Assembly: GCA_902796945.1 (NCBI GenBank)
Contig: CADBQR010000041.1
Coordinates: 1 to 61,631, forward strand
DNA: 61,631 nucleotides
Direction: 5' to 3'
DNA from: an uncultured Acidaminococcus sp.
GTDB lineage: Bacteria > Bacillota > Negativicutes > Acidaminococcales > Acidaminococcaceae
Within the stretch, counting starts at the first letter, position 1. The number at the start of each line of letters is the position of its first letter. Under the pieces are notes generated by a model. That model was given only the letters and a program-made list of their open reading frames with translations, ran no database searches and was not told the DNA's origin. Of this stretch, positions 10,239 through 20,283 are shown one piece after another. Made by a program: the position numbers and the translations under genes.

Positions 10239-12097
10239 TTTTCCTTCCCCTTCCAATCAATGATCCGGACGCCCAGCTTTTGACAGACCCCGCAGCCGGT
10301 ACAGGTACTGCGGCGGCAGTCATGGGTAAGGATGGCTTCCCTGGCTTTCTCATATTCACGGTACAGGAAAGCACGGGACACTCCGCAACTCGTATGTTCC
10401 CAGGGGAATCGTTCGTTTTCATCACGGGCACGGCTGTTGTAAAAATCCATGGTCAATCCCGCTTCCTGGATGGCTTCCTTCCAGGTATCAAAGGAGAAGT
10501 ATTCCGTCCACCCGTCAAAACGGGCTCCCTTTTCCCAGGCCCGGTAAATGGCCTTGGACAGGCGTCGATCTCCCCGTGCCAGGACCCCTTCCATCAGGCT
10601 CGTCCGGGAATCGTGATATTGAAAATGAATGTTTTTCATGGACGCAAAGGCATTCTTCAAAAGCATATGCTTGCGGTCAAATTCTTCCTTTGTATTCTGT
10701 CCCACCCACTGGAACGGCGTATACGGTTTGGGCACAAAGTTCGATACACTGACAGTCACGCGGGCTCCGTAATGACCGGTAATCTTCTTATACTGCCATT
10801 GTACGGCCTGTGCCAGGTGAGCAATGGCCAGGACATCTTCATCCGTCTCGGTAGGCAGGCCAATCATAAAGTAAAGTTTAACCTGTGACCAGCCGCTTTC
10901 AAAGGCGGCACTGACCGCATCCAGCAGGTTCTGCTCGGTAACGCCTTTATTGATGACGTCCCGCATCCGCTGGCTCCCGGCCTCCGGGGCAAAGGTCAGT
11001 CCGCTCTTGCGGACCGCCTGCACTTCCTGGGCCAGCTTGACCGAAAAACTGTCAATACGCAGGCTCGGCAGGGACACACTCACTTTGTCCTCCCGGAATT
11101 CCTGCAGAAGGTCCCTGACAAGCGGTTCCAGGCAGGAATAATCCGCCGTGCTCAGGGAAAACATGGAAATTTCATTATATCCCGTAGCCGGCACTAATTC
11201 CCTGGCCAGCTGCATGGCTACTTCCGGACGGCGTTCCCGGACCGGACGGTAAATCATGCCGGCATTGCAGAAGCGACATCCCCGGCTGCATCCGCGGAAA
11301 AGCTCCAGCATGATGCGGTCATGGACCGTATCCCCATAAGGGACAATGGGATGGGTCGGATAATCCAGATCATTGATATCTTTTTCCACCCGTTTATAAA
11401 CAACCGGCGGCACTTCTTCGTACCGGGGGCGGACCTCAGCAACCGTGCCATTTTCATGGTACCGGACCATATAGAAGCTGGGAACATACACGCCCTGGAT
11501 ACGGGCAATACGGTGCAGGAATTCCTCCCTGCCGCCAGGCTTCCCTTCTTTTTTCCAGGCACGGTAGGCTTCCGTCACCTCCAGGATGATGTGTTCACCA
11601 TCACCTAGCATGCAGAAATCAAGGAAATCGGCAAGGGGCTCACTGTTAAACACACAGGGGCCGCCGGCGCAGACAAACGCGTCATCAATCTGACGGTCCC
11701 GGGCCCAGAGAGGCACCTTTCCCATATCCAGCATGTTCAGGATATTGGAATAGGACATTTCGTAAAGCAGGGTAAAACCGATCAGGTCAAAGTCGCCCAA
11801 TACCCTTGACGTTTCCAGGGAAGACAGGGGAATCCCCCGTTCCCGCATCTGGCTTTCCATATCCACCCAAGGGGCGAAAACCCTTTCGGCCTGAACTCCC
11901 CTGACGCCGTTCAACGCGGCATAGAGAATCTTGAACCCCAGATAGCTCATCCCGATTTCATAGGTATCTGGAAATGCCAGACAGAAAGAAACGTCCGTCT
12001 CTTCCTCCGGTTTGACAATGCTGCCGAATTCCATGCCCGTATAGCGGGCAGGTTTCTCAACGGCACTGAGAATATCAATGGGTAAATCTTTATGCAT
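10235..12097 (-). CDS. B12-binding radical SAM protein (TIGR03960-like)
   Basis: VEKPARY, FPDTYEIGMS, CSRGCRFC radical SAM motif, APEAGSQR, C-terminal CTGCGVC. Confidence 0.9.
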   Translation of the reverse strand: MHKDLPIDILSAVEKPARYTGMEFGSIVKPEEETDVSFCLAFPDTYEIGMSYLGFKILYAALNGVRGVQAERVFAPWVDMESQMRERGIPLSSLETSRVLGDFDLIGFTLLYEMSYSNILNMLDMGKVPLWARDRQIDDAFVCAGGPCVFNSEPLADFLDFCMLGDGEHIILEVTEAYRAWKKEGKPGGREEFLHRIARIQGVYVPSFYMVRYHENGTVAEVRPRYEEVPPVVYKRVEKDINDLDYPTHPIVPYGDTVHDRIMLELFRGCSRGCRFCNAGMIYRPVRERRPEVAMQLARELVPATGYNEISMFSLSTADYSCLEPLVRDLLQEFREDKVSVSLPSLRIDSFSVKLAQEVQAVRKSGLTFAPEAGSQRMRDVINKGVTEQNLLDAVSAAFESGWSQVKLYFMIGLPTETDEDVLAIAHLAQAVQWQYKKITGHYGARVTVSVSNFVPKPYTPFQWVGQNTKEEFDRKHMLLKNAFASMKNIHFQYHDSRTSLMEGVLARGDRRLSKAIYRAWEKGARFDGWTEYFSFDTWKEAIQEAGLTMDFYNSRARDENERFPWEHTSCGVSRAFLYREYEKAREAILTHDCRRSTCTGCGVCQKLGVRIIDWKGKEK

Positions 12098-12109
12098 AGG
12101 TACTCCTTA

Positions 12110-13222
12110 TCAGAAACGCAAAGTCTTGGGATGGGCGTGGATATTCAACAGAAGCGTTACCATCAGCATATTGGTCGTCAGGGAACTGACACCGTAGCTC
12201 ATGAAGGGCAGGGGCACACCCGTAACCGGCATGACACCACTCGTCATGCCTACATTGACCAGGATATGGAAGGTAAACATGGAAACAATCCCAACAGCCA
12301 GCAGTGTGCCAAAATCATCGGTAGCATGAATGGCGATGGAGATGCCCCGTACAATGACAATCAAATAGAGGAGCAGGATAAGGGTAACTCCAAAAAAGCC
12401 AAATTCTTCCCCCGCAACGGCAAAAATGAAGTCCGTATGGTTTTCCGGCAGGAAATTCAGCTGGCTCTGGGTACCTCCAAACAGCCCCCGTCCAAAGAAA
12501 AGACCGGAACCAATGGCAATCATGGACTGGATAACATGGTAGCCGCTGCCATAGGGTTCGAGGCCGGGATTCAGGAAGACCCGGATGCGGTTCCGCTGGT
12601 ATTCATGGAGAAGTCTCCACACGAGCGGTGCGGAGGCCAGTCCGAGGCCGCCCATGACCAGGAAATATTTGATCCGGAAGCCGCAGACAATCATCGTACC
12701 CAGGAGAATGGCGATAAAAACAAGACTGGTCCCCAAATCCGGCTGGCGCATAACCAGGAAGAAAGGAATAAAGACATAAAGGAATACGGGAATCCAGCTT
12801 TTAAAATCCGTCAGCGTATTGAGCCGTCTTTCTACAAAGGCGGACAGAGCCACAATCATGATGGCCTTGGAAAATTCGCTGGGCTGGATACTGATGGGTC
12901 CGATCTGAAGCCAGCGCTGGGCGCCCAGGGCCGATTTACCGACCAGCATCACAGCCAGCAGCATGATCAGGTTAAAGAAATAGAGCGGTCTGGCCAGATG
13001 CTTCAGGATGCGGTAATCGAACCGCATGAGATAAGCGCCCAGTAGCAGGTTGATGCCCACAAAAATGGATTGCCGCAATACAAAACTGTACCGGCGGGGG
13101 CCAGGAATATTTGCATGGGTCGCGCTGGCAATGAGAACGATTCCAATCAGGATGAGGATCATGACACTGATAAAAAGGATCATGTCCATATGTTTAAAAT
13201 ATTTTCTTGCACGTAAACGCAT
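12110..13222 (-). CDS. rodA: SEDS peptidoglycan glycosyltransferase RodA
   Basis: GAQRW, QPSEFSK, QPDLGT, LPENHTDFIF, LPFMSYG. Confidence 0.95.
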   Translation of the reverse strand: MRLRARKYFKHMDMILFISVMILILIGIVLIASATHANIPGPRRYSFVLRQSIFVGINLLLGAYLMRFDYRILKHLARPLYFFNLIMLLAVMLVGKSALGAQRWLQIGPISIQPSEFSKAIMIVALSAFVERRLNTLTDFKSWIPVFLYVFIPFFLVMRQPDLGTSLVFIAILLGTMIVCGFRIKYFLVMGGLGLASAPLVWRLLHEYQRNRIRVFLNPGLEPYGSGYHVIQSMIAIGSGLFFGRGLFGGTQSQLNFLPENHTDFIFAVAGEEFGFFGVTLILLLYLIVIVRGISIAIHATDDFGTLLAVGIVSMFTFHILVNVGMTSGVMPVTGVPLPFMSYGVSSLTTNMLMVTLLLNIHAHPKTLRF

Positions 13223-13231
13223 AACTGCTCC

Positions 13232-15055
13232 TTACCGCTTCTTAGAATTGCTGCCGCTGTTTTTCCCTGAGGACGCAGTTTTGCCTGGTTTCTTGGCACC
13301 GGGGGTCGTAAAGACATATTCCAGGATGGATTTTACGATTGGCGCTGCAGAAATGGACCCGTAGCTGCCCTGCTCCACAATGCAGACCACGACAAGGCTT
13401 GGCTGTTTCGCCGGAGCGTACGCAATGAACCAGCCATGTTCAAGGCCGTGCGGGTTTTCAGCAGTACCGGTCTTGCCGGCAACGTCCACAGGCAGGTTTT
13501 TCAGGGAAGAAGCCGTACCGCCTTCTTCAGTAACTGCCTCCAAGCCTTCCTGGACCAGGTTCAGCGTGGACTGGGAAACGGGAAGGGTTCCTTCCTCCTG
13601 CGGCTCAAACCGCTTGGCCACACTGCCGTCATCATTGATGATCTTGCTGACCAGATGCGGTTTGTACCGTTTTCCATCGGTAGCAACAGCAGCCATCATT
13701 TCCGCAATCTGCATGGGTGTTGCCAGGGTAAAGCCCTGTCCGATGGCTGTGTTGAAGGTATCCCCAAGATACCATTCCTCACCGAAGACTTTTTTCTTAT
13801 ATTCCGGCGTGGCAATAAGACCGGAAGCTTCTCCGTGAAGATCGATGCCGGTCTTCTTACCAAAACCAAAGTCTTCGGTATATTTATCCATGAGCTTGAT
13901 TCCCAGCCGGTTTCCCATTTCGTAGAAATAAACGTTATCGGAAGCCGACAGGGCGCGTTTGAAATTGATCCACCCCAGTGCTTCGCCGCCGGCATTGCGC
14001 ATATCCACAAGCCAGTGACGGCCGGAGTCGTAAATCAGCTCGTCAGGGGTTACCTTCTTTTCCTCCAGGGCAGCCGCACCCGTGACAATCTTGAAAGTGG
14101 ATCCAGGAGGATATTCACCGGCAATCGCCTTATCCGTCATCGGATGGAAAGGGTCCGTATTGATGTAGTTCCAGTTCTTTTCACTGATTCCGTTGACAAA
14201 CCAGTTGGGATCAAACCCGGGACGCGAGACAAGGGCCTTGATTTCCCCGTTGTTGGGGTCCAGTACCACCACGGCGCAGCCGCGGGCGCCAATGGCCCTG
14301 AGCTGTTTATCAACAGCGGCTTCCGTTATACGTTGCAGCTTGGCATCAATGGTAAGGACCAGCCCCTGACCCGGTTTGGGTTCCACTTTGTCCATGATCT
14401 GGACAACCCGTCCGGCAACATCAACTTCTTCCCGATAGCTGCCATCCGTTCCGCGCAGGTACTGGTCATAGAAGCTTTCCAGGCCGAACTTGCCGATGAT
14501 ATCACCGGCCTTCAGGTTATCGTAGATTCCCTGCTCAATCTCGTATTCACTGACCTCGCCAACGTAACCAAGCACGTGGACGGCCAGCTGCCGGTTCGGG
14601 TAGGTCCTCACAGGCTGTACCTCCAGCATGACATCGGGCAGGTAGCGCAGGTTTTCTTCCACACGGGCAACGACATCCGGTGGTGCGTTGCGTAACAGGC
14701 GGACCGGCTCTGCACTGCCGCCGTGAAGTTGGATGGCTTCCTTGATTTTGGGAACGGGCATATGGATCAGTTCCGAAATCCGTTCCAGGGTCTCAGCCTT
14801 ATAAGCGCTGCGGTGTGCCAGGGAAACCGTAAATCCCGGCTGGTTGTTGGCCAGTTCCTCACCATTGCAGTCATAGATAATACCACGCGGGGCAAGGATC
14901 CGGGTATACCGGGTCCGGTTGCCTTCTGCCTGGCGGCTATAGTAATTTCCACGAATGATTTGGAGATAGAACATGCGCCCAATCAGGAGGAAGATGATCA
15001 GCGCCGAGACGACCAGCATGAATTCCAGCCGATAGGCATATTTCTTGTTAAGCAC
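13232..15055 (-). CDS. mrdA: Penicillin-binding protein 2
   Basis: APRGIIYD; catalytic motifs SxxK (STFK), SDN and KTG. Confidence 0.95.
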   Translation of the reverse strand: MLNKKYAYRLEFMLVVSALIIFLLIGRMFYLQIIRGNYYSRQAEGNRTRYTRILAPRGIIYDCNGEELANNQPGFTVSLAHRSAYKAETLERISELIHMPVPKIKEAIQLHGGSAEPVRLLRNAPPDVVARVEENLRYLPDVMLEVQPVRTYPNRQLAVHVLGYVGEVSEYEIEQGIYDNLKAGDIIGKFGLESFYDQYLRGTDGSYREEVDVAGRVVQIMDKVEPKPGQGLVLTIDAKLQRITEAAVDKQLRAIGARGCAVVVLDPNNGEIKALVSRPGFDPNWFVNGISEKNWNYINTDPFHPMTDKAIAGEYPPGSTFKIVTGAAALEEKKVTPDELIYDSGRHWLVDMRNAGGEALGWINFKRALSASDNVYFYEMGNRLGIKLMDKYTEDFGFGKKTGIDLHGEASGLIATPEYKKKVFGEEWYLGDTFNTAIGQGFTLATPMQIAEMMAAVATDGKRYKPHLVSKIINDDGSVAKRFEPQEEGTLPVSQSTLNLVQEGLEAVTEEGGTASSLKNLPVDVAGKTGTAENPHGLEHGWFIAYAPAKQPSLVVVCIVEQGSYGSISAAPIVKSILEYVFTTPGAKKPGKTASSGKNSGSNSKKR

Positions 15056-15077
15056 AGTACGTCCTTCCTACAAGTCG

Positions 15078-15584
15078 TTACAGATGATAATAATAAGCAC
15101 GCCGACTGTCAAAACGACGTTTCAGCCAATGATAAAGAAGCCACATGAACGGAGCGCAAAGGAGGTTCCAGAACATGCACTTCAGCGTCAGGACCGCCAA
15201 AGGAAAAAAAGGCAGCCAGCGGCGCAAGACAATGCAGAGAAACAAATCCCGGGCCACGTTAAGAAGCAAGGTGGTCAGGGCAGACAAAACCATGAAGGTC
15301 GGCATACGGTCGGCAAAAACATTCATTCGGTTGCTTCCGATAAGAGCCCCGATGGACGCCCTCGTCACCATATGAAAGCCAAAATAACTGAACGTCACGA
15401 TATCCAGAAAGGCTCCCAGTCCCAATCCATACCCTGCAGCCTTTTTCCCGCCCTTGTCGAGTGCAAAAAGCAGGAGAAGCAAAAGAAGCAGATCCGGGGA
15501 CTGCATGGTCGAAAAAAACATGAACCAGTGATTCTGAACCGTATACAGGACCAGGTTCAGGAGCAGCCAGAGAAAGGCGTTCAT
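15078..15584 (-). CDS. mreD: Rod shape-determining protein MreD
   Basis: Hydrophobic 168 aa, PDLLL and GxxLD motifs; lies between mreC and mrdA. Confidence 0.85.
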   Translation of the reverse strand: MNAFLWLLLNLVLYTVQNHWFMFFSTMQSPDLLLLLLLLFALDKGGKKAAGYGLGLGAFLDIVTFSYFGFHMVTRASIGALIGSNRMNVFADRMPTFMVLSALTTLLLNVARDLFLCIVLRRWLPFFPLAVLTLKCMFWNLLCAPFMWLLYHWLKRRFDSRRAYYYHL

Positions 15585-16471
15585 CGACTCTTCCCTCCCT
15601 TGCTGGTCCGGATATCGGGGTCCTTCCCCTGCTGACGCAGGAAGTCGGCAAATCCAGCATAGTTTGTAATGATAAGCGCTTCTTCCAGATGCGTATAGTC
15701 CACGGATGGTACAATGGTGGCCTTTTTGGTCAGTCCGCCGGGATCCATCTGGACCTCTTCCACGGTTCCGATGACAAGACCTTCCGGGTGGTATCCCGTA
15801 TACCCACTGGTAACGATGGTATCACCAGGCAGGACATCGGCATTGCGGGCCAGGTTACGCATTTCCAGGGACAGGTCGGGGCCGGCCACACCATTGACAA
15901 TTCCCGCCGCACGGGAGTCGCCGCGCAGGTTCATTCCCCCTATACTGGAGCGTGAACTGCTGATCAGCAGCACCTTCGACATGTGCGGATAAACCGCGTC
16001 GATGATCCCAATCAGTCCGGAAGCATTTACAACGGGCATATTGACACGCAATCCATCGTCGCTCCCCTTGTCAATGAGGATGACATCCTTGAAATCGCCC
16101 AGGTCGCGACTGATGATCTTGGCCGGCATGGTTTCATATTTGGGGTGCAAATTCGTGAACTTAAGCAGTTTGGCCAGGCGTTCATTTTCAGCCTTCATGG
16201 CAATCAATTCCACATTGGTCTGCCGCAGGTCTTCATTTTCCTTTTTTAAAGCGGTATTCTCTTTTTCCAAAGCAGTCTTGGACGTAAAAAAGTCCGATAC
16301 ACCATGAATGCCCCTTGCCGCGCCGCCCACGACAAAATAAACGGGACGGGCAACGGTGGAAAGCACACTGTTGACGACCTTAAAGCGGGACAAGGCATCA
16401 AGGAGGACGCCCCCTGCCACAAGGACGGCCACGATGGTGACTGCCAGTTTGGCTTTTCGTTCCTGCATCAT
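15581..16471 (-). CDS. mreC: Rod shape-determining protein MreC
   Basis: N-terminal TM, coiled coil (ENxxL), IDKGSDDG, VTSG...PEGLVIG. Confidence 0.92.
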   Translation of the reverse strand: MMQERKAKLAVTIVAVLVAGGVLLDALSRFKVVNSVLSTVARPVYFVVGGAARGIHGVSDFFTSKTALEKENTALKKENEDLRQTNVELIAMKAENERLAKLLKFTNLHPKYETMPAKIISRDLGDFKDVILIDKGSDDGLRVNMPVVNASGLIGIIDAVYPHMSKVLLISSSRSSIGGMNLRGDSRAAGIVNGVAGPDLSLEMRNLARNADVLPGDTIVTSGYTGYHPEGLVIGTVEEVQMDPGGLTKKATIVPSVDYTHLEEALIITNYAGFADFLRQQGKDPDIRTSKGGKSR

Positions 16472-16485
16472 GCTGCTATTCTTCC

Positions 16486-17526
16486 TTACTTATCACTGCC
16501 GGCCGGCAACTGCAATTGTGTCCGCCGAAATGAATTGATATTACGGGACGCCTTTCCCGTTCCCAATACCACACAGGACAGGGCATCCTCCGCTACCAGG
16601 ACCGGCATGCCGGTTTCCCTGGCCAGGATCCGGTCCAGATTACGCAAAAGTGCGGTTCCGCCGGTCATGACAATTCCCCGGTCCATAATATCCGAGGCCA
16701 ATTCAGGTGGGGTCTGTTCCAGGGTGGTCTTGACCAGGTCAATGATTTCCCGGACAGGTTCCACCATGGCCGGCAGGATCTGATTCTGGTTCAGCGTCAG
16801 TGTCTTGGGAAGCCCTTCCACCAAATCAATGCCACGCACATCCATCGTCGCGGGGTGTTGGTTTTCCTGGAGGGTTCCAATCTCAATTTTCAGGGATTCT
16901 GCCATAGGCAGCCCAATAAGAAGATTATACTTCCGCTTGATATACTGCACAAGCGCTTCATCGATCCGGTCGCCGCCGACACGGATTGTCCTGGAAAGGA
17001 CAATGTTGCCCATGGAAATGACAGCCACTTCCGTGGTACCACCGCCCACATCGACAATCATGTTGCCCGTGGCTTCCCGGACAGGCATACCGGCCCCCAA
17101 GGCAGCGGCAATCGGTTCCTCAATCAGGAAAGCTTCCCGCGCCCCCGCTTCTGTTGCCGCATCAATGACAGCCCGGCGTTCAACGGCCGTTACACCGCTG
17201 GGAACACTGATAACAATATAAGGATGGGAAAAACTGCGTCCCCGCAAGGCTTTCTTGATAAAGGCATGCAGCATGACCTGGGCCATATCAAAGTCGGCAA
17301 TCACGCCATCCCGCAGTGGGCGAATGGTTTCCAGATAATCCGGTGTACGGCCGATCATCCGTTTGGCTGCCGAGCCAACGGCCAGGACCTTGCCCGTCAT
17401 CTTGTTGATGGCCACAACGGAAGGTTCCCGGACGATGATTCCATTTTCTTTTGTATATACCAGCGTATTGGCGGTTCCCAGATCGATCCCCATCGTGGAG
17501 GAAAAGGAACCAAACAGATCAAACAC
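16486..17526 (-). CDS. mreB: Actin-like rod shape-determining protein MreB
   Basis: GIDLGTANT, EEPIAAA, DVGGGTT, TGGTALL. Confidence 0.96.
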   Translation of the reverse strand: MFDLFGSFSSTMGIDLGTANTLVYTKENGIIVREPSVVAINKMTGKVLAVGSAAKRMIGRTPDYLETIRPLRDGVIADFDMAQVMLHAFIKKALRGRSFSHPYIVISVPSGVTAVERRAVIDAATEAGAREAFLIEEPIAAALGAGMPVREATGNMIVDVGGGTTEVAVISMGNIVLSRTIRVGGDRIDEALVQYIKRKYNLLIGLPMAESLKIEIGTLQENQHPATMDVRGIDLVEGLPKTLTLNQNQILPAMVEPVREIIDLVKTTLEQTPPELASDIMDRGIVMTGGTALLRNLDRILARETGMPVLVAEDALSCVVLGTGKASRNINSFRRTQLQLPAGSDK

Positions 17527-17543
17527 CCTTTATCCCTCTTTCT

Positions 17544-18230
17544 TTATAATAAACCCTGTTCCTTGAAACTATAATAAATTCCGTCACCAATGATAATATG
17601 GTCGAGCAGGGGTACTTCCATAGCCTTTCCTGTATCGGCCAGTTTCCGGGTCAGCCGGCGGTCCTCTCCGCTGGGTTCAGGATCCCCCGACGGGTGATTG
17701 TGATAGACCAGGATAGCCGCCGCGTGATGCAGGATTGCCGGAGCAAAGATTTCCCGCGGATGCGCCACCGTTGAATTCAGTGAACCAACGGAAATTTCTT
17801 CTATGGCAATCACTTTGCCCTTGCTGTTGAGAAAGGCAGCCATCAGATGCTCCTGCACCGCGTAGCGCAGGCGATTCATAAGCAGCCGGGCCCCCTCTTC
17901 CGGGGAATGGATATATTGTCCTTCTCCCCCGGTCGGACGGCCCAATCGCCTTCCTAACTCCAACGCAGCTACAATGACGGCAGCCCGGGCGGGACCCAGG
18001 CCAGCTACCGTCGTCAGTTCCCCGGTCCGGTGGATACGGGCCAGCCGGTTCAGCGCCGAATCGGTCCCGGTCAGTTCCCGGGCAATATCGATGGCCGACC
18101 GGCCCCGGACCCCTGCTCCGATCAAAATAGCCAGCAGTTCAGTCAGGCTGAGTACCTCAGCCCCATGTTTTATCAGACGTTCACGAGGTCTTTCCTCCTG
18201 TGCCATGTCCTTGATCATATAGTGTGTCAT
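17544..18230 (-). CDS. radC: RadC family JAB/MPN protein
   Basis: RPRERL, HPREIF, HNHPSGDPEPSGED, LDHII. Confidence 0.93.
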   Translation of the reverse strand: MTHYMIKDMAQEERPRERLIKHGAEVLSLTELLAILIGAGVRGRSAIDIARELTGTDSALNRLARIHRTGELTTVAGLGPARAAVIVAALELGRRLGRPTGGEGQYIHSPEEGARLLMNRLRYAVQEHLMAAFLNSKGKVIAIEEISVGSLNSTVAHPREIFAPAILHHAAAILVYHNHPSGDPEPSGEDRRLTRKLADTGKAMEVPLLDHIIIGDGIYYSFKEQGLL

Positions 18231-18792
18231 TGATTGTCACGTCCAGTTCTTTCAGTGCTGTGTATAATGCTGCAACCGGCAATCCTACCACATTGCTGTA
18301 GGAACCTTTGATGCTTGGAATAAAACAGGCGGCCCGCCCCTGGATACCATAGGCACCCGCCTTGTCCAGCGGTTCTCCCGAAGCGATATACCGATGGATC
18401 TGGTCCTCGTCAAGTGGATAAAAAGTAACTTCCGTTGCCGTAACGGACAGCGTTTCCTGTCCGTGGAACGCTACGTACAGACCGGTATAGACCTGATGGG
18501 TGCGGCCGCTCAGCCGTCTCAGCATGCTTGCCGCGTCGGCAGCATCCTTCGGTTTTCCCAAAATTTTCCCGTCAATGGCCACAATCGTATCTGCGGCAAT
18601 GACCAGGGTATCCGCTCCGCAGAGCGGGATCACGTTCCTTCCCTTGCGACGGGCATTTTCCCGGACCACTTCTTCCGGCGCAGCCGCGTTTTTCACTTCT
18701 TCAGCATGACTGACAAGTACAACCGGGTGAATGCCAATCTGCCGAAGCAGGTCCAGACGGCGGGGTGAACCGGACGCAAGTACAACCTGCAT
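18181..18792 (-). CDS. maf: Maf family nucleoside triphosphate pyrophosphatase
   Basis: LASGSPRR, ADTIV, GKP, DKAGAYGIQG, NVVGLP. Confidence 0.94.
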   Translation of the reverse strand: MQVVLASGSPRRLDLLRQIGIHPVVLVSHAEEVKNAAAPEEVVRENARRKGRNVIPLCGADTLVIAADTIVAIDGKILGKPKDAADAASMLRRLSGRTHQVYTGLYVAFHGQETLSVTATEVTFYPLDEDQIHRYIASGEPLDKAGAYGIQGRAACFIPSIKGSYSNVVGLPVAALYTALKELDVTINDTLYDQGHGTGGKTS

Positions 18793-18802
18793 GATAGCCT
18801 CC

Positions 18803-19072
18803 TTACAAGTGACTGAAGATCACCATCGCCAGAATCATGCCGATAATGGCCACCAAGTTGGGAGAAAAACTGAAGCCCACCATAATATGGGCAATATAAA
18901 GATCCACATCAACAGGCGGAATATTCAGCACCTGGTATTTATGGACGAGGAAGGAAGTTCCGGAGCCAAAAAACTGGGAAGCTTCCAGTGTATCCCCCAA
19001 AAGACCCCCGATGATGGCACCGGCAGCCAGGAACAGAAAAAACCAAAAATTATTTTTCGAACCAAATGTCAT
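18803..19072 (-). CDS. Small membrane protein (DUF4321-like)
   Basis: 89 aa from MTFGSK with hydrophobic segments (GAIIGGLLG); typical position upstream of maf. Confidence 0.7.
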   Translation of the reverse strand: MTFGSKNNFWFFLFLAAGAIIGGLLGDTLEASQFFGSGTSFLVHKYQVLNIPPVDVDLYIAHIMVGFSFSPNLVAIIGMILAMVIFSHL

Positions 19073-19073
19073 A

Positions 19074-19496
19074 TTAAGGCTTCCCTTCTTCTGGCAGCGC
19101 TCCTTCTGTATAATACCCGGTGATGGACCACTGGGCACCGCGATGGGATACATCCCGCCGGAACGTGCGGGCGTAATTCCAACCCAAAAGCAGCCAGATG
19201 ATCATACTGGCAACAACGGTTTGCCAGTGCGGAATCGGAAAATAAGGGGCTACTGCCCGTCCGAAGGCAGCGCCGGCCAAAAGCGTCAGGAGAGGAATTC
19301 CCTTGACAATCCACCGGCCCTTTTTCTCATCCAGTGTCTGGCGTTCCACCCGAACCCGGGCCCCCATTTTCGCTTCACATACATTCCAGCAGTCAAGGAC
19401 CCGCGGCACATGTGTTCCGGCATCAACAGCCCGTTCCACGATTACCTGGGCCCGCTGCCCTTTGACAGCCGACACTTTTCCGATGTAATAAGTCAT
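19074..19496 (-). CDS. RseC/MucC-like membrane protein
   Basis: G-x-V...A-x-V beta N-terminus, AKMGARVRV, then IPLLTLLAGA and two TM helices; RBS GGGAGGG before MTYY. Confidence 0.55.
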   Translation of the reverse strand: MTYYIGKVSAVKGQRAQVIVERAVDAGTHVPRVLDCWNVCEAKMGARVRVERQTLDEKKGRWIVKGIPLLTLLAGAAFGRAVAPYFPIPHWQTVVASMIIWLLLGWNYARTFRRDVSHRGAQWSITGYYTEGALPEEGKP

Positions 19497-19512
19497 GATT
19501 TCCCTCCCACGC

Positions 19513-20013
19513 TCATGCATTCAGGTCCAGGAACTGCTGGGGATAACGGCGCGCCAATTCCTGGATCATTCGGTCGCTGCATTTGAAAAGCAGTCCGCAC
19601 AGCTTCCTGCCCTTCCGGTAGACCAGGATCCGCTGCGGCTGCGGATCGAGCGAGGAATAACGGTGCACATAGGTTCCAATTTTCGTCTTGCGGAAAAAAC
19701 TCTTCTTGTAACAATTGCTGAAACTTTCCATATCCTTAAGTGATATGGACATACGGCGTTCCATCCCCAGCCCGAACATCACAACAATGAAATGGGAGGG
19801 AGTCAGGGTATACGAATAAGAAAAAGCACAGCGCCAAAGCCACAAAATAACGAAAAGGATGTTATATCCCCATCCCAGCAGGCTGAAACGATACAGGGCA
19901 AAGGCCTGGTATCCCTCATAGGCCCAAGACAGGGCAATCAGCAGCAGTGCCGCGTATTGCAGGGTCTTACGGCCCTCACTGACTGTGGAACTTTCCTTGA
20001 CTTCCTGAATCAA
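19513..20013 (-). CDS. Hypothetical membrane protein (2 TM plus soluble domain)
   Basis: TTG start after AAAGGAG; two hydrophobic helices followed by a basic domain; first gene of the operon. Confidence 0.65.
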   Translation of the reverse strand: MIQEVKESSTVSEGRKTLQYAALLLIALSWAYEGYQAFALYRFSLLGWGYNILFVILWLWRCAFSYSYTLTPSHFIVVMFGLGMERRMSISLKDMESFSNCYKKSFFRKTKIGTYVHRYSSLDPQPQRILVYRKGRKLCGLLFKCSDRMIQELARRYPQQFLDLNA

Positions 20014-20208
20014 CGCTCATTCTCCTTTATGACAATGGATCCGGATTCCGGCACGGGCAGGATCCATCCCTTCAATTAGTGTATATAAACTATTATATTA
20101 TAGCAAACTTTGTGTGCTTTTCATACCGTTTATCGATTTCAGGAAAAAGAAAGGGCTGATTCGTTCCGGTAACCAGCCCTGCAATAAAAGAACGTAATTA
20201 AAAGACAA

Positions 20209-20248
20209 AATACCCCGCCGCCATCCAACAGGATAGCAGCGAGGTATT
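20209..20248 (-). terminator. Intrinsic terminator after gcdB
   Basis: Minus strand AATACCTCGCTGCTATCC-TGTT-GGATGGCGGCGGGGTATT followed by TTGTCTTTT. Confidence 0.8.
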
Positions 20249-20283
20249 GGCATTGAACAGGATCTGTTCAATTAAGACCGACC

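Noticed and set aside
17544-18230. radC as a marker of a mobile element
   Set aside because: Full-length RadC in the canonical maf-radC-mreBCD chromosomal context; no integrase or transposase nearby.
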